Source: Geosiphon pyriformis uo1
Taxonomy: Eukaryota > Fungi > Glomeromycota
Reading direction: 5' to 3'
Length of the DNA: 64,000 bases
NCBI GenBank assembly: GCA_016748015.1
Contig: JAAOMT010000557.1
Location: 1-64,000, forward strand
Shown here: piece by piece, positions 21,982 to 36,555 of the stretch
Layout: every line of letters begins with the position of its first letter
How positions within the stretch are numbered: the first letter of the stretch is position 1
Notes under the pieces: model-generated
The model's input: the letters and a program-made list of their open reading frames with translations, nothing else
What the model was told of the DNA's origin: nothing
The model's database searches: none
Position numbers and translations under genes: made by a program

Positions 21982-23132
21982 ATGTCCGATAAAAAAAGAA
22001 AGTTAGAAGAGCTTGCCGCTAAACGAAAAGCTCAGCAGGATGGAGAGGAAGAAGTTGTAAATAAGTATGAAGACGCTACACTTTTTGCTCTTTTTCGTGT
22101 TGTCCAAAAACGCGATCGCACGCTGTGAGTTTACGCGTTAAAAGCGGTGGCCAAAGTGGTTCTTCGTCGGTGATACTTATTTGCAATTTCTTGGGCTTAA
22201 AGTAAAAAATCAAGGGACAAGGAAAGAACGACCAAACCTAAAGCAACGTCAGCACCTTCCACTTCGACTAAGACCAAAAAGCCCAGTTCAAGTACCACAC
22301 GCGCGTCTCCCTCTACCCCTAAAAAAGCACCTTTTGGACGGGTGAATGAAGATGAATATGAAGATGATGGATTTATTATACAAGATGATGGTCTGTGATG
22401 ACTTGAATTGTTTTTCATTGTTGAAGAATCCGTCATTTATGAGCACCTTGATTAAAAATTTATAGCAGAAGAGATTCCTTCGAGTGAAGAATCAAATTCT
22501 GAGGAACATGACTATTCTGAAGAGCTATCTGGTTCGGATGATTCTACCGCAAAGAAAAAGAAAAAAAAAACATCAACATCATCCAATTCAAAGAAAGCTC
22601 CCCCAAAGAAGAAAGAGACTAAGGTTGATTTAAGGATGTGTCTAAAATTAATCATATTTATATGTTTCCAAATTTTCCAAATTTTCTCTAAAGAAGGTAA
22701 AGAAGACAACTGTCAAATCTAAACCAGAAAAAAAGAAAACCACTAGTAGCAAAAAGGTCCTTGAAGATTCTGATGAAAGGCCCATTAAGAAAAAAAAAGG
22801 AAACGATGAATCTGACGATCATTCAGGGGGAGAAGATAAATCGGGTAGCGAAGAAGATATACGTAAGGATATTTTACCTTTTTTATCAACAAATCATAAA
22901 GTTGTTTGTCCTCCTCAACGACTTTTTTTATAACACGGCAGGGGAAGAGCTTGAAAGCCTTGACACATCACTTATCATTAAAAGTGGTCGACGAACAAGA
23001 GGAAAACAAATCGATTATACACAGTTTGGCCCGGTAAGTCGATTAATTTCTTTCAGAGGAATCTGTTGCGAATGCCGCTCACCCTAAATAAATTCTCGTT
23101 ATATGTAGGATCCAGATGATGATGATGATTGA
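21982..23132 (+). CDS. Lys/acidic-rich protein with C-terminal CHZ histone-chaperone domain (Chz1/HIRIP3-like), 6 exons
   Basis: ATG 21982 (MSDKKRKLEELAAKRK); five GT-AG introns keep frame; motif EELESLDTSLIIKSGRRTRGKQIDY matches the CHZ domain; ends DPDDDDD* at 23132. Confidence 0.85.
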
Positions 23133-23641
23133 TTATCATTTTATGATTTTTACCAGGTAGGTATTAGAGGCTAGCTTTAAAATCAGAAGAGCCCAAAGGG
23201 TATTCCGATATTTAAATTAGGATCCCAAATTTTATTCTTCTAGATCCCTCCAACATAGCAACTTGACCAAAGTCCGAATTCTCATTTTGTACTCATTGAA
23301 ATTATCGACTCAATTTCTGGCTCCTGAAATTTTTGACTTAAACACTGAAAAATTTCTGCCGACCTATGTGAATTTATATTAAAGACTAGATAAAAATATT
23401 CAATTTTTGCAATTTTGTGCCTAACAATTTGGTAATTTCAATACAAATCCGCGACACAATAAGATTTTAATGCAGGAGGTTTTGGGATCAGGGGTATTCC
23501 CAGAACTTCTGCGCTGCAAGGCCAATCACCTGTTAACAATGCATTTTATTTATTTATTTATTCATTCACTAAGTTCACATTTGAGGGCTAAAATGAACAT
23601 TTTTCCCGTAGGATTTCGACCAGCTTATCCACTTTTAAAGT

Positions 23642-24960
23642 ATGGAAGAGGATTTTGAAGAATCTTTTTGGAAACCTTCGCGTCCACCTCCTCCACCACC
23701 CACAACCCCCACTAGCACTTTCCGCGATTCCTTCTCTTGGACTAATACTACTAATTTGCCCTACTCCCTACCATCACTTCTTTTTCGCCGCACGCTAAAT
23801 CCCAGAATAAATAACAAACATCAGGACATCACTCGCGCAAAACTGAAAAAGGCGCTTGAACGTGAATTGAGGGAAGATAAATTGAGGGAGGTTTCTGGAC
23901 GGGGTGATTACGATAGTGGTAAGAATATATGAAGATAGTTGCTTACATTTGGATTTCCTTCAAACTGATAATATTTTCAAAATTAGTGATAAATTTACTG
24001 AATTTAAACCCTTTACCTGATATAAATCGACCGGACGAGAAAGGCCGAACGCCTTTACATTTTGCCTGCGCTGGAGGGCATGTTGATATAGTGAAATTGT
24101 TGATCTCACGACATGCCAATGTAAACGCAGATCCCGATGTTGTTGGAAATCGACCCCTGCATTTAGGTGAGATTTTTTAAATCATTAGTTAACTTTATAA
24201 TGCCTACCGCAATAAATGTTTATAACTCTGGAATTGTAGCCGTTATTTCAAATAAGCTAGAATGTGTCGTCGCTTTATTGGAAGCAGGTGAATATCAATA
24301 ATTTTATTACCAGTTTATCGTTTCCTGAAATTTAAAAACTAATCATTATTTGGATTAAAGGTGCAAAAATTTATATGGATGACGCGTTTCACCGAACTCC
24401 CTTATCTGTTGCCCGATCACGATTAAGTATTTTGATGAAAAATATCTTAACTGAAAATGGCTCTTCAGAAAATAAACAATTGACCACAGCTTTCATGAGT
24501 GTGGAATCTCCATTTGATTCTAATAACGTGCAAATTCTTGAAGAGCGGGAGGTTTTTCGACAAGTCCTACAGGTTTGCCGTATATAAAGTCACTTTATTA
24601 ATTGTTATTACATTATAAAATTTCGGTTTTCACGATTTATTTCATTAATTCTTAAAGATAACGAAAATATTGAGGCATTATGTACCCCTTCAGAATGCTG
24701 ACTTAGAAATAAAAGAATATGATATTAGTTTGGTCGCAGACTCACCACCCACTAACAAAGAATCCTCGACGCAAACCATAGACACTCTGGATAGTTTAAC
24801 GGCACAATTATCAAAATTGGTGATGAAGGAAGATCGAAGTAGCCATGAAGACATGATTAATGTAAATAAGGGAGATTCTGAATCTTTAGTTTGCGATGCC
24901 ACTGTCCTGAATCAGGTCCAAGACGTCTTGGAAACTTTAATTCAAAAACAAACATTATGA
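23642..24960 (+). CDS. Ankyrin repeat protein, ANKRD54-like, 5 exons
   Basis: DEKGRTPLHFACAGGHVDIVKLLI, GNRPLHL|AVISNKLECVVALLEA|GA, RTPLSVARSRLSIL; four GT-AG introns; C-terminal helices resemble ANKRD54. Confidence 0.88.
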
Positions 24961-25620
24961 CCGGGAACTGACTAATTTGTACGGTTTTGTAACATAGTTA
25001 ATTAGATATCCTTTTTATAAAAATATTTGAAACGCTTTTTACTAAATCATGTTTAACCATTAAACGTGGAAAAAAACAAAATATTTATATTTCCATAAAA
25101 TGGGAAGCTTGGTATCCATCGTTATAAATGTCCAAGTTTAGCTTCACTTCCGAAGAGGAATGACAAGATATTTCCAGATACGACCTTTCCGCCATTACTC
25201 ATTAAAAAGTGAGAATACCCCTTCCGTACTCCATTATCGGTAAGAGTGGGAAGAACGCCAATTATTACATCTGAGTAGATATGCCCCTACTTTCAAAACT
25301 TGCACATCTATCTCCACCTTGCAAAGGGTGCTTCACGAAGCATTTTATCACTTATCTTTCGCTGCTTTATTACTTGCTGATTAGAAATAGATTTCATAAT
25401 CAGAAAATTTAGATTTTATTTTCAAAACTAATATAGATCAAACGTGAACCATTTTTTTGAAATTATAAAGCTTTTCATAAATTAGTCTTTATTGATTGAA
25501 AACTGTTTTTACCTTCTACAACTGGAAAGTTTAGATTTTCAACTTTAAAAACCACATTCTGTATAAACTGCTACTCCAAGCACAAGGATAAACTTCAGGT
25601 TTACGTGAATGACTAAAATT

Positions 25621-28600
25621 TCAAGATTTTTTTGATTTTTTGCTCGACCTTTTTTTACCCGTTTTAGATATTTTTGTTTCTTTGGCAGCAATATCTATTG
25701 CTGTTTCAGGGGCTTTCCGCCGTTTAGTTGAATCGGGATTTTTTACACTGACCAGAGTAGAAAAGTTAGCTTTTCCTAATTTCTCGGCACTGATCTTAGA
25801 TTCGGCAACTTCCCATTCTTCTGTAGTTCCACTAATTGCATATCTTACAATGCAAAAGACAAACTTAAAATTAGGAGCACTCGTTTCAATAGAAATAAAT
25901 TGCATGAAACTAACCTTGACAAATCCATCGAATCGATAAGCTCTCGTTGCTTCGCTCTCATCTGAGCCATTACTTCGTCCCCGGCTTCATCCAAATCATC
26001 ATCTAATGTTTGTGCCACAGGATCCCATTGAGCTTCATTGTCATCCATGATCTCAGAATCGACTAAATGGTCGTGTGATATAATTTTCTTTTTCACGCTC
26101 GCAGTTTCATGAGGAAGGCCTGCTTGTACAGCAACAACCTCTAATGACCTAATATGATTTGATACTTTCCGGATTATTTTAATAAATAGTGCTAAAATCT
26201 GGCTTGATGGAAGAGCCAATTCTGTCTAAATAAAACATTTTTAGTGATAATTAAATGCATTTAATCGAGGATATTCCTATAATGTTAATTTTACACACCT
26301 CCAACTCACTGACACTCTTTCTCTGCAACCCAATACCCAATAATATAGAGCTTTGCACGCCTGATAGCTTGACTTCGTCACCTAATCGCCCTCCAAAATA
26401 TAAGGAAGCTACAGTCGGAAGCAAATCCAAAACAACATGATAATCTAACATATTGTTAGAATAACTTTCTAGGCGTTTTATATCATAGGCGGAAAACAGA
26501 GAGCGCATAGTATCAATGGTCATAGCTGATGGGAACACAAAATTAGTCTTCAATAAAAATATAACTAGGAGTCAAATTGCTGGAAAAATAGATGAGCTTA
26601 CTTTGTGATTCACCCTTGACAGCTTCATAACCAGCATTGACAGACTCCATTAAGCTTAAAGCCAAGATACTAGAAAATGTTCGGAACTGATAGGACAATA
26701 AATTCAAAAACCTTTTGTGAAAGTCTCGAGAAAATGCTGCCAGCCAGTTAGGTGAACAGGAGGTAATCAAATCATTGGATGTAAGCGCTTTGAGCATTAC
26801 ACATGTGTGTTCGCCAGTAAGTTCATTTGGTGTTTGACGTAGGTAAAGAGGAACAAATCCAGCACGTTTCCAAAATTTGTGAAGAGCTCGAGTTAAACCG
26901 TACGACACACCAATATAATGTAACCGATCAGGTCGTTTTTCGGCGAGTCTCAAGAGAAGAGGTGGCATTTTGTGCGGGTCGCGAATTTTGATTTCATCTT
27001 TGTGAAGGTCAGCCAACTTTTTTCACCCCCAATCAACAACTCGAAAGAGTAAAAAATTTCATTTTGAAAAGGAAACAAAATTTTATATAAATCTGGTTAA
27101 GCTGAAAAATTTTTACCTGAAATTCTGATTCATTCACTGTGGCAATAGTCTCCTCATAAAATTTTTCATCCTCGTTTAATGTAGCATATTCTCCTTGATA
27201 GAAAGCGGTCAACTGTTCAAGGCAACGAGACCCGTAACCCATCTTCATATTTTGAATTCGTTAGGAATCAATATATATATATAGCTATTATGGAAAAAAA
27301 TAAAATCTAAAATTACCTGCATATAATCTGGATGCGTGGCGATTCGGACTACACGGGCTCCCGATAGGCTCGCAAAATCATCATCTTGATACTATTAAAG
27401 CAATGGTTGTGAGAAGTACTATTTTACATAAGAATCGGATTTTTAAAAACAATCCATCATAATACCTGTTGTGAAATGAGCCATGGAATTAAGTCACCGC
27501 TAGCACGCTGGCCACGACCCAGGCTATTGAACACGGTTTGTTTGGAAATTTCTCCTTCTAGACAAACCTAATACCGAATTAGCTAACAACTTGAACATAT
27601 CAGAGTAAGCTCACATAATTGTATTTTCTGTTTCTTTTATTCTTACCTGTACAACACAAAGGGGATCAGGTAATGAATGATCTCCTTCTTGAACAGGTGG
27701 TAGCAAGACAAATAAATGATGAGCGGGCGCGTCAGACATTAATTGCAAATCATTCGGAGAATTTTTATAGTGACTAGCTACATAAAGGGCCATCATTCTT
27801 TGTAGAAAAGCTTCTGACACGGGATGAAAGGAAAACAAGGTATCGCGATTAACATAGTATAGTTCACATTTCTGTGGATGCGGACATCCTTGAATATTTT
27901 TAGAAATTAATGTAGCATCTAGACAGAGCAATTTGTTCAACCATTTTTCAACGGGATCATCCTGTGCATATCTAATAGGCTCGTCAAGCTTAATTTCACG
28001 AAGCACACGACCACCAGAAGAAGCTCCATCATGAGTAACAGATTTTGAAGCCTTTGATTTTCCATCACGATCAACAATGTTTGAATTATCATCTAATTTT
28101 GGGGCTTTATTATGGTGTCCAATGAAGCCTCGGGACTGTTCACGAAGTTGTTGTATGAGTTTAAGTGAAAGTGATCTCCCTGTTCCTTCATATCCATTAA
28201 TAGTTGAAGCCATGAACACTAGATAAGGCCCGAACAAATTCTTGACCAGTGGCAAAGGAATAGCTGCAGCTTCATCTATAACAACTAATTCCGCTTGACC
28301 AAGGATGTGAGCATCCTGCGGTTGAATATACTGGTGTTATTGAAAAATTGCATTAGAATGTTTCCAGTTCAGTAAAAGTGTAAAGGGTTTCAAATGTCGA
28401 TCAAATTCTTTCACTATAAAAGACGTACTTGAATGGTTTGCCTATGTTGTCGAAAGATATTCACTCGCACAATTGCTTTATTGAAGTCAGGGTTTGTTGA
28501 TTGTACAATATCATAATCTAAGTGTTCTTCATATTTCAAAGCATCAAATCCTTTAAATATGAATTCGAACAATGTTTTTAAATTTTCGGGACTAGGTGAT

Positions 28601-29841
28601 GTCACAAAAATATTGGAATATCCGTGGGCAATAGCAGAAGCAATGGCTATCCCCAAGGCGGCTGATTTACCCCGACCACGTGCAGCAGTAAGGGTCACCG
28701 TACTTCGGAGAGTTTTTTCAGATATAGCTTCAATGAAAGTGAGAATAGCTTTGGCTTGATCCAAAGTTCTGGCGGTCTCAACGAGTGACCCAGCTGGTTG
28801 TGTATCAGCTAGCGACTCTTTTAGTTCTTTGAGTTCAATTTGTGGAGCGGTTATGTTGGTATCTTGGGGAGATTTTAACGGAAGTGGTTTCACGTTTTTG
28901 CCAGCAGAAATCGGCAAAACGTTCAATTCATCATCAACCACTAAACAATTATCACAAAATCCCAACGAAAGGATGAAACGTTCATTAAATCGAGCAACCA
29001 CATCGTCATGAGAACTGGTGCGGTAACGGGAGTGTACATCCTTTCAAAAAAGGAAAGAGGTTTTAAATTTGAATAATCAAAACATGAAACAAAAGATATT
29101 GAAGGTAGCGACTAGTATAATAATACCATCGTCAAGGTATATAACTGCTTCAATGACTTCATCGTTTTTAACAATAAAATTATAATTCCTCCCCCTTCCA
29201 CGGTTTCTATAGTTCTTGCTAACAAATTTGGAGTCAATGCTTCGAAATCCTGATTTGTATATCTTTGTTAATAATTTACCAAGTTTTAGTGAATTCCTTG
29301 TATTTAAAAGTAAAAATTACCTGAAGCACACACATTCCATATGTGTTACCTAAAATTTTATCCGTCTCCTTGTAATAAGTATATCGAATATTAGTGACTG
29401 CGACAAAAAGCTCAAATGGATCTTCCTCGTTAGGTTCTCGGATGCCCCGTTTGATCTCTTTCTTTATTTTTGCTTCACGCTTCTTACGATGGCTTAAAAC
29501 ATAAAAATGAAGATTTTTATTTTTTCAATATAATGAACCGTTCGAAACTGAGATCCTACCTAGTGAAGCCTAATTCCTTTTTATAACACCATAAGACAGA
29601 AGGTCTCGAGGTTACTTGTGCTTGGGAGAGTAGCCAATGTAAGTTAACAACCTGGGTAAATGTTCAGTCCATTATTGAGAAATGGTTTTTCAAAAGTAGA
29701 AAGCTTTAAGACCAGGGACGGGGGAGGCTTAACTTGATCTTTGCCTTTGTCTCCTATGATCACAAAAAACGAGCGATGTTTGTTTTGTACGCCATTCTTT
29801 ACTAGCGTCGGTACTCGAGAATCAATAACTTTCTTGACCAT
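25621..29841 (-). CDS. NAT10: RNA cytidine acetyltransferase (18S rRNA/tRNA ac4C), multi-exon
   Basis: MVKKVIDSRVPTLVKNG…RSFFVIIGD, TAARGRGKSAALG (Walker A), STINGYEGTGRSLSLKL, SHYKNSPNDLQLMSDAPAH, GARVVRIATHPDY..MGYGS, GVSYGLT; canonical introns. Yeast KRE33 orthologue. Confidence 0.98.
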
Positions 29842-30450
29842 AGTGATCTCGATTTTTCTGAAAGGTTCGAGGAATTTGTGCTTCGACAAAAAAATTTCCT
29901 AAAATTTTTTTATCAAATCATGTTAACTCAGATTATATTGAATATCATAAATTCAATGTTGATAATTGAATAATTATTTTAATTAATCAATATTAATATT
30001 TTCAATTTTTTGCTTATGCTAGTAACATATTCAGTAATAATAATATTTCTTACATAAAATAATTATAATATAAAAACCCCATAATTAATTATAATTTTGT
30101 GATAATTATTTATTACATTACATACTTAATTAAAAATATAATAAATTTAATTTGAGTAAAATCAAAAATTGATTACAAAAATTCAATAACATTATATATT
30201 AAAAAACAAATTTATTTTTTGAGTTTTATTTAATAAAAAAAATTGTTTTATCAATTATAAAATATTTCAACTTTAGACAAAAAGCAAAATACATCATAAT
30301 TACTATAATAATTACAGATTTTCAATAAAAATTTAATCATGCTCGAATATTACTATATCTGGATTGTCAGTAGATGCTTACTTAAAAAATGAGATATAAA
30401 TCGAACCTCAACTTTTTTTTGTAACATATTCTTCTGCAATCACTTTTAGA

Positions 30451-31832
<1,382 letters not shown>

Positions 31833-34800
31833 ATATAGGCAAACATTCAATTCCCTTTATCCAACTCTTTAGTTTTTATATTATAAATTATTTTCCAATA
31901 GTCATTACTTTGAACAAAAATACCCCCTATGTTACCTAACCTCCAAATATGCGCTATAATTTTTGCAATTGGATTAAGGTTTCTCGATCGATAAAGATTT
32001 TAGTTGATCTTTTATGTTCAAAATCCTCTCCTAATGGCGTTTGGGAGTTAACAACAAACGTATTTCGATCAATCGAGTGTGATGAAAATTAATTTCTCAG
32101 GTCAACAGAATATCTCAATTTCACTGACTCGATGGTAGACATCATTCCCTTATTGCGCTAATACTAAAGAGTTGTAATTGGATTGTATACATCGAGTTAA
32201 AAATAGTGTGACCTCTAATGAGGAAGCATAACAAGATTTTGTATATGGTTGGCAAGGATTTATAAAAGAGGCTCATGTTCCCAAAAGGCTCAAGAATCTC
32301 TATTCATTACTAAAAGTTCACTTGACAATAGCATTTTAGGACTTTATTTGTCTGATTAATTCAAAAATATAGACATTGCCATACTCGTAATAACATTTAC
32401 GAACTTGTTTACGAAAAATTTTTAAAACCTGCATCATTGGGTATTTTTAATTTCTGTGTTATTTTTATTTAGTAACAATGCTGAATTAAAAAAATCAAAA
32501 TTTATATTTTAAATAATTTAGTAAAAATTTTTTATTTATAACGCGTTTTTTGCCAAATAGAAATATAAAATATAAAGTAAAAAGAATTCTTAATTGTATT
32601 TTAAAATAACAACAAAAATATTATTAAATAAACAAAATTTTACATCTTTTTTTTCTTTTTTTTAATTAATTTTTAGCATAATAATGATTTAATTTTAGCT
32701 TATATTTAATATTTAATAAATATAAAAGACTTTGATTTTAATTTTAAAATATTTAAGATACAATATATAAATTTTTTAATTAAAATACATATATGTGTAT
32801 TAATTTCAGTAATTTATAATTACAATAATTAAATTCCTAACCAAATAATTTTATTTAAAACTCAAAATATGTTATAATAATTTAAATATTAATATTTAAT
32901 AAATTTTTTTTTCTCTTATATTCAAAATCCACCAAAAAGTACAATTTTTGTAAAGAAGTTTTTAATTATTCAGTACAATAAATCCAAATTTTTTCTATTT
33001 AACTATAAAACTATTGTTGGTTTTAATGTGACTGTTATAAAAAAGTCTGTTAAAAATCCTAGTTTTGGCAATAATAGTAAACAAGTTTTTCTTAAAAAGA
33101 AAAAAAAATGGTGTTTTAAAGAACAGTATTGATAGCAAGATAATTTTTACTAAGGTTTTAACTGGTTATTTTTAAGACTTCAAAATTAATAATACTACTA
33201 AATCCAATAGTATTAATATAAAAAAAAAGTGTTTGGTAAAGGAGACCAGTATTAATTATGATAAAAAAAACTTTTTTAATAAGGAGAATTCTAACTAAAC
33301 ACCAAAAAATCTATGAATAAAGACCAAAAAAGCATTGAGTACATCTTTAAAAAAAATTAATTTTTTGAATAATAATGATAATAATGATGTCTTGCTAAAT
33401 GCTTTACCAACTCTTCTTTTTTCTTTGAAAAATCTGGTTTCTGTTTCTGTTAGGAAGTTTTTTGCTTTGAATATTGGCTTAAATAATATTGTTGGAAAGT
33501 TTTCTTAGGAAAGACTTATAGTAATAAAAAAATTGTTCTTAAAAATTAATAAATTTGGAAAAGACTTCTATTTTCTTAAAATTTGCTAGAATTATTAAAG
33601 CTATATTTACTTTTAAATCTAGTTTAACACAAATAACTAATTTAGTAAAAGCTAAAAATATTATTGTAAACACTAATCTCAAAAAATTATTTATGTATTT
33701 AGATTAGGCTGTAATAGTAAAAGAAATTTCAATTAGAATATTGACTAAAACTGTATATATTATACTATCTAAATTTAATAAGATTAAGTTTATTAAGATG
33801 TAATTGGTAAAGCTATAGCAAAAAACTGTAATTGTGTTTGGTTAATTAAATTATGCTGATTTAGTTGCAGCAAAATGGTCTGTTTTAATTAGAAAAAATA
33901 CAATATATGTAGTTAAGGCTAATATAAACAAGAAATTATGAAATGTAAAAAATTGATATAAAACACTGCTCTACACATTGCTAATAAAAATAAATGTTCA
34001 TAATATTTGGAGTTTTATTGGTACTGTAAGTAGAAAAACTTGTATTATAAATTACTATCTAATTATATATGCCTAAACTAAATATGTAATTGTCTGTTTT
34101 AATTCTGCTAAATTATTAAATGCTGTTATAAAAACTATGCCAATACTAAAAAGTGTTAACTTGTATTGGTCTTACTTGAGTTTGGCTATGTATATAAAAT
34201 GTGAAAATTTAAGTTATATATTACTAAGCTATTCTAAAAGTAGAAAAATGTTCTCAAATAGTTTATCTTATAAAGACTTATTAAAAGCAGATAAAAACAG
34301 ACTGACAATTATTTATGCCAAAAATTCAGCATTTATTACTTGCTTTGTCTCTTTTGGTGGTGTTTTTTGAACTAAGATAATTGGTAAATTCTTTTTTTTT
34401 TTTGTATAAAATAATTAATAAATTTTGGCTCTTTTTTAAAGACAAAGCTTACTTTATTTGTATTAGAAGAATTAAATATTAGATTTACTACTCTTAAATG
34501 CAGTTTTGCTAGCTTTGTGAAACAAGTTGGTAAGTTGGCTAAGAGATTGAACACATTTAAGCTAATAATTTTTCAGTTTAGCTCTAGACATTAGTCATTA
34601 GTAACCCTATTATTACAAAATTAAGAAATAGATATAGTAATGAAAAAAGGTTTGGGTGTGGTTACTAGTAGTAAGACTGTTATAAAAGCAATATCTTTTG
34701 ATTTTTTAGTAATTTCTAAGTTAGAAAACAATTTAAAGAGTTTTTCAAATATAGTTTTGTGTTTTTTAGCCAAAATAAACAATAGTGTTCTGAATTCAAG

Positions 34801-34843
34801 TTTTCATTTATCTTAATAACTGATCTTGTTTGAAAGATTGCTA

Positions 34844-36197
34844 CAGGGGAGTATAAAAAGTATTGGACACTTAATATAATATATAAAAAGGCTATATATA
34901 GTAATATCATTACTAATTTAAGCCATAATTTTTTTTATAATTACTTATAGTTATAATCTACAAATCAACATAAATCGCGTCCTTGTAAAACACAACAGTA
35001 GATCATACACGTATTTATAAAATATCAAACATTCTTGTCGTAAAAAAATTTACTGCATCAAATGTGTCTTAGAAAAAAACTTTCTAAATACCAAAAAGGA
35101 GTGATTATTTCAGCAAAAAAGTTAGGACATATAAATAGTAAGATTTCAATGACTATTAGATGTTTATGTTCTTCTGTAATACGTGTATAGAAGTCATACA
35201 AGCTAAAAAAACTTCTTAAAAAACAAATGGGCCGACCACAAATTCTTGACAAACACACACGTGAACAACTCAAATATTCAATAATAGAAAATAAAAAAAC
35301 CCATTGCCAAACTCTTTCTCAAATACAATTGAATTTTATTAAAGATACTAACAAATCTATTTCTATACAAACTATTCAAAATAGATTAGCTTAAGAAGGA
35401 CTTTGCTCGTGGATTCCTTGTTTCAAGCCATTAATTTCCAAATCAAATAAAGAAAAATGTTTACAATGGGCTCGTACTTATGAAAATTGGACAGTAGAAG
35501 ATTTTAAACGAGTTGTTTGGTCAGATAAATCTACATATACACAATTTAGGACTACAGGATTTGGACATGTATGGCGTAAATCTTCCAAAAAGTTTCATAA
35601 GGATTGTATTGCAGCCACAGTTAGAAAAAGCTTTGGTCGCATGTTTTGGGAATGTTTTTCATGGGTTGGTTTGGGTCCTTTAGTTCCTTTGGTTGGTCAT
35701 ATTACTGGAGTTATACACTGCGAAATCTTGGCTAATTATGCAATTCTTACAGTAAAACTTCATGCAAAAAAAACTAAAAAAAAGTTTTTTTTTTAGGAAG
35801 ACAATGCACTAATTCACACATCAAAAGTCGCGCATTCTTTTCTTACCTCTTCAAATGTTGAATTACTTCCTTGGCCAGCACAAAGTTCTGATATTACTCC
35901 AATAGAAAATTTTTGGTCATATATTAAAGTTAAAATTCGTCAACGTAATTCACAATCCTCAAATATTGTACAATTGGAACAGTGGGTTAAGAAAGAATGG
36001 AATGCGATACTTGTAAATTACTATCATAATTTGATTAAGTCTATGCCATGTCAAGTTCAAGCTATTCTTGAAGCAAATGGGGGTCAAACAAAATACTAAC
36101 ATGTATTTTAATATAATAATAAAAAATTAATGATTCATAAGTTAGTTCTTTTATATAACATATTATAAAAGTGTCCAATACTTTTTATACCCCCCTG
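34844..36197 (+). mobile_element. Tc1/mariner (DD34E-type) DNA transposon
   Basis: 28-bp TIRs CAGGGG(A/G)GTATAAAAAGTATTGGACACT with one mismatch; TA target duplications at 34842-34843 and 36198-36199. Confidence 0.97.
35062..36099 (+). pseudogene. Tc1-family transposase, ~345 codons with premature stops
   Basis: N-terminal HTH-like region, KPLIS…K.LQWA, VVWSDKS (WSDES), MFWECFS, *EDNALIH (QDNAPxH), WPAQSSDITPIENFW, ending GGQTKY*. Confidence 0.95.
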
Positions 36198-36555
36198 TAT
36201 GTGTAATATTTAAAATATCAATGTTTCTGCTAAGCAAAAAGATATTGTTTATTAATATATGAATATTGGGTGTTCAATTTTAATTGTTACAGAAACTAAG
36301 TTGATATTTAATTGTAACTCTTAAATAATAAACAAGTTGGAACATAAAAGTTTGCACTTATCTTGACTGTTTTTAATGACAAGCTAAAACATATTAAATT
36401 AATGTTATTTATAGAAATTTAAGAATTTTTAATAAGAATATAAAGTAGTTAATTAGAAATAGGTGTAATAAAAGAGGAATTTCAAGATTTTTCTCAAAAA
36501 ATTGCAAAATTTTTCTTAAAAAATTACAAAATTTCAAGAATTTTAGGGTTTCTGG

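Larger units (their letters stand above)
33010..36340 (+). mobile_element. Ancient LINE 5' portion (ORF1 and start of the APE endonuclease), interrupted by Tc1/mariner
   Basis: Decayed ORF1-like translation (VSVRKFFALNIGL, MYIKCENLSYILLSY as a decayed CCHC knuckle, DKNRLTIIYAKNSA). LV*KIA at ~34825-34843 continues after the Tc1 as CNI*NINVSAKQKDIV…IVTETKL, the APE motifs xNVRG and xET. Confidence 0.8.

Noticed and set aside
25120-25560. Short minus-strand frames and splice-like sites between the ankyrin gene and NAT10
   Set aside because: No convincing start codon or homology; most simply NAT10 3' UTR.
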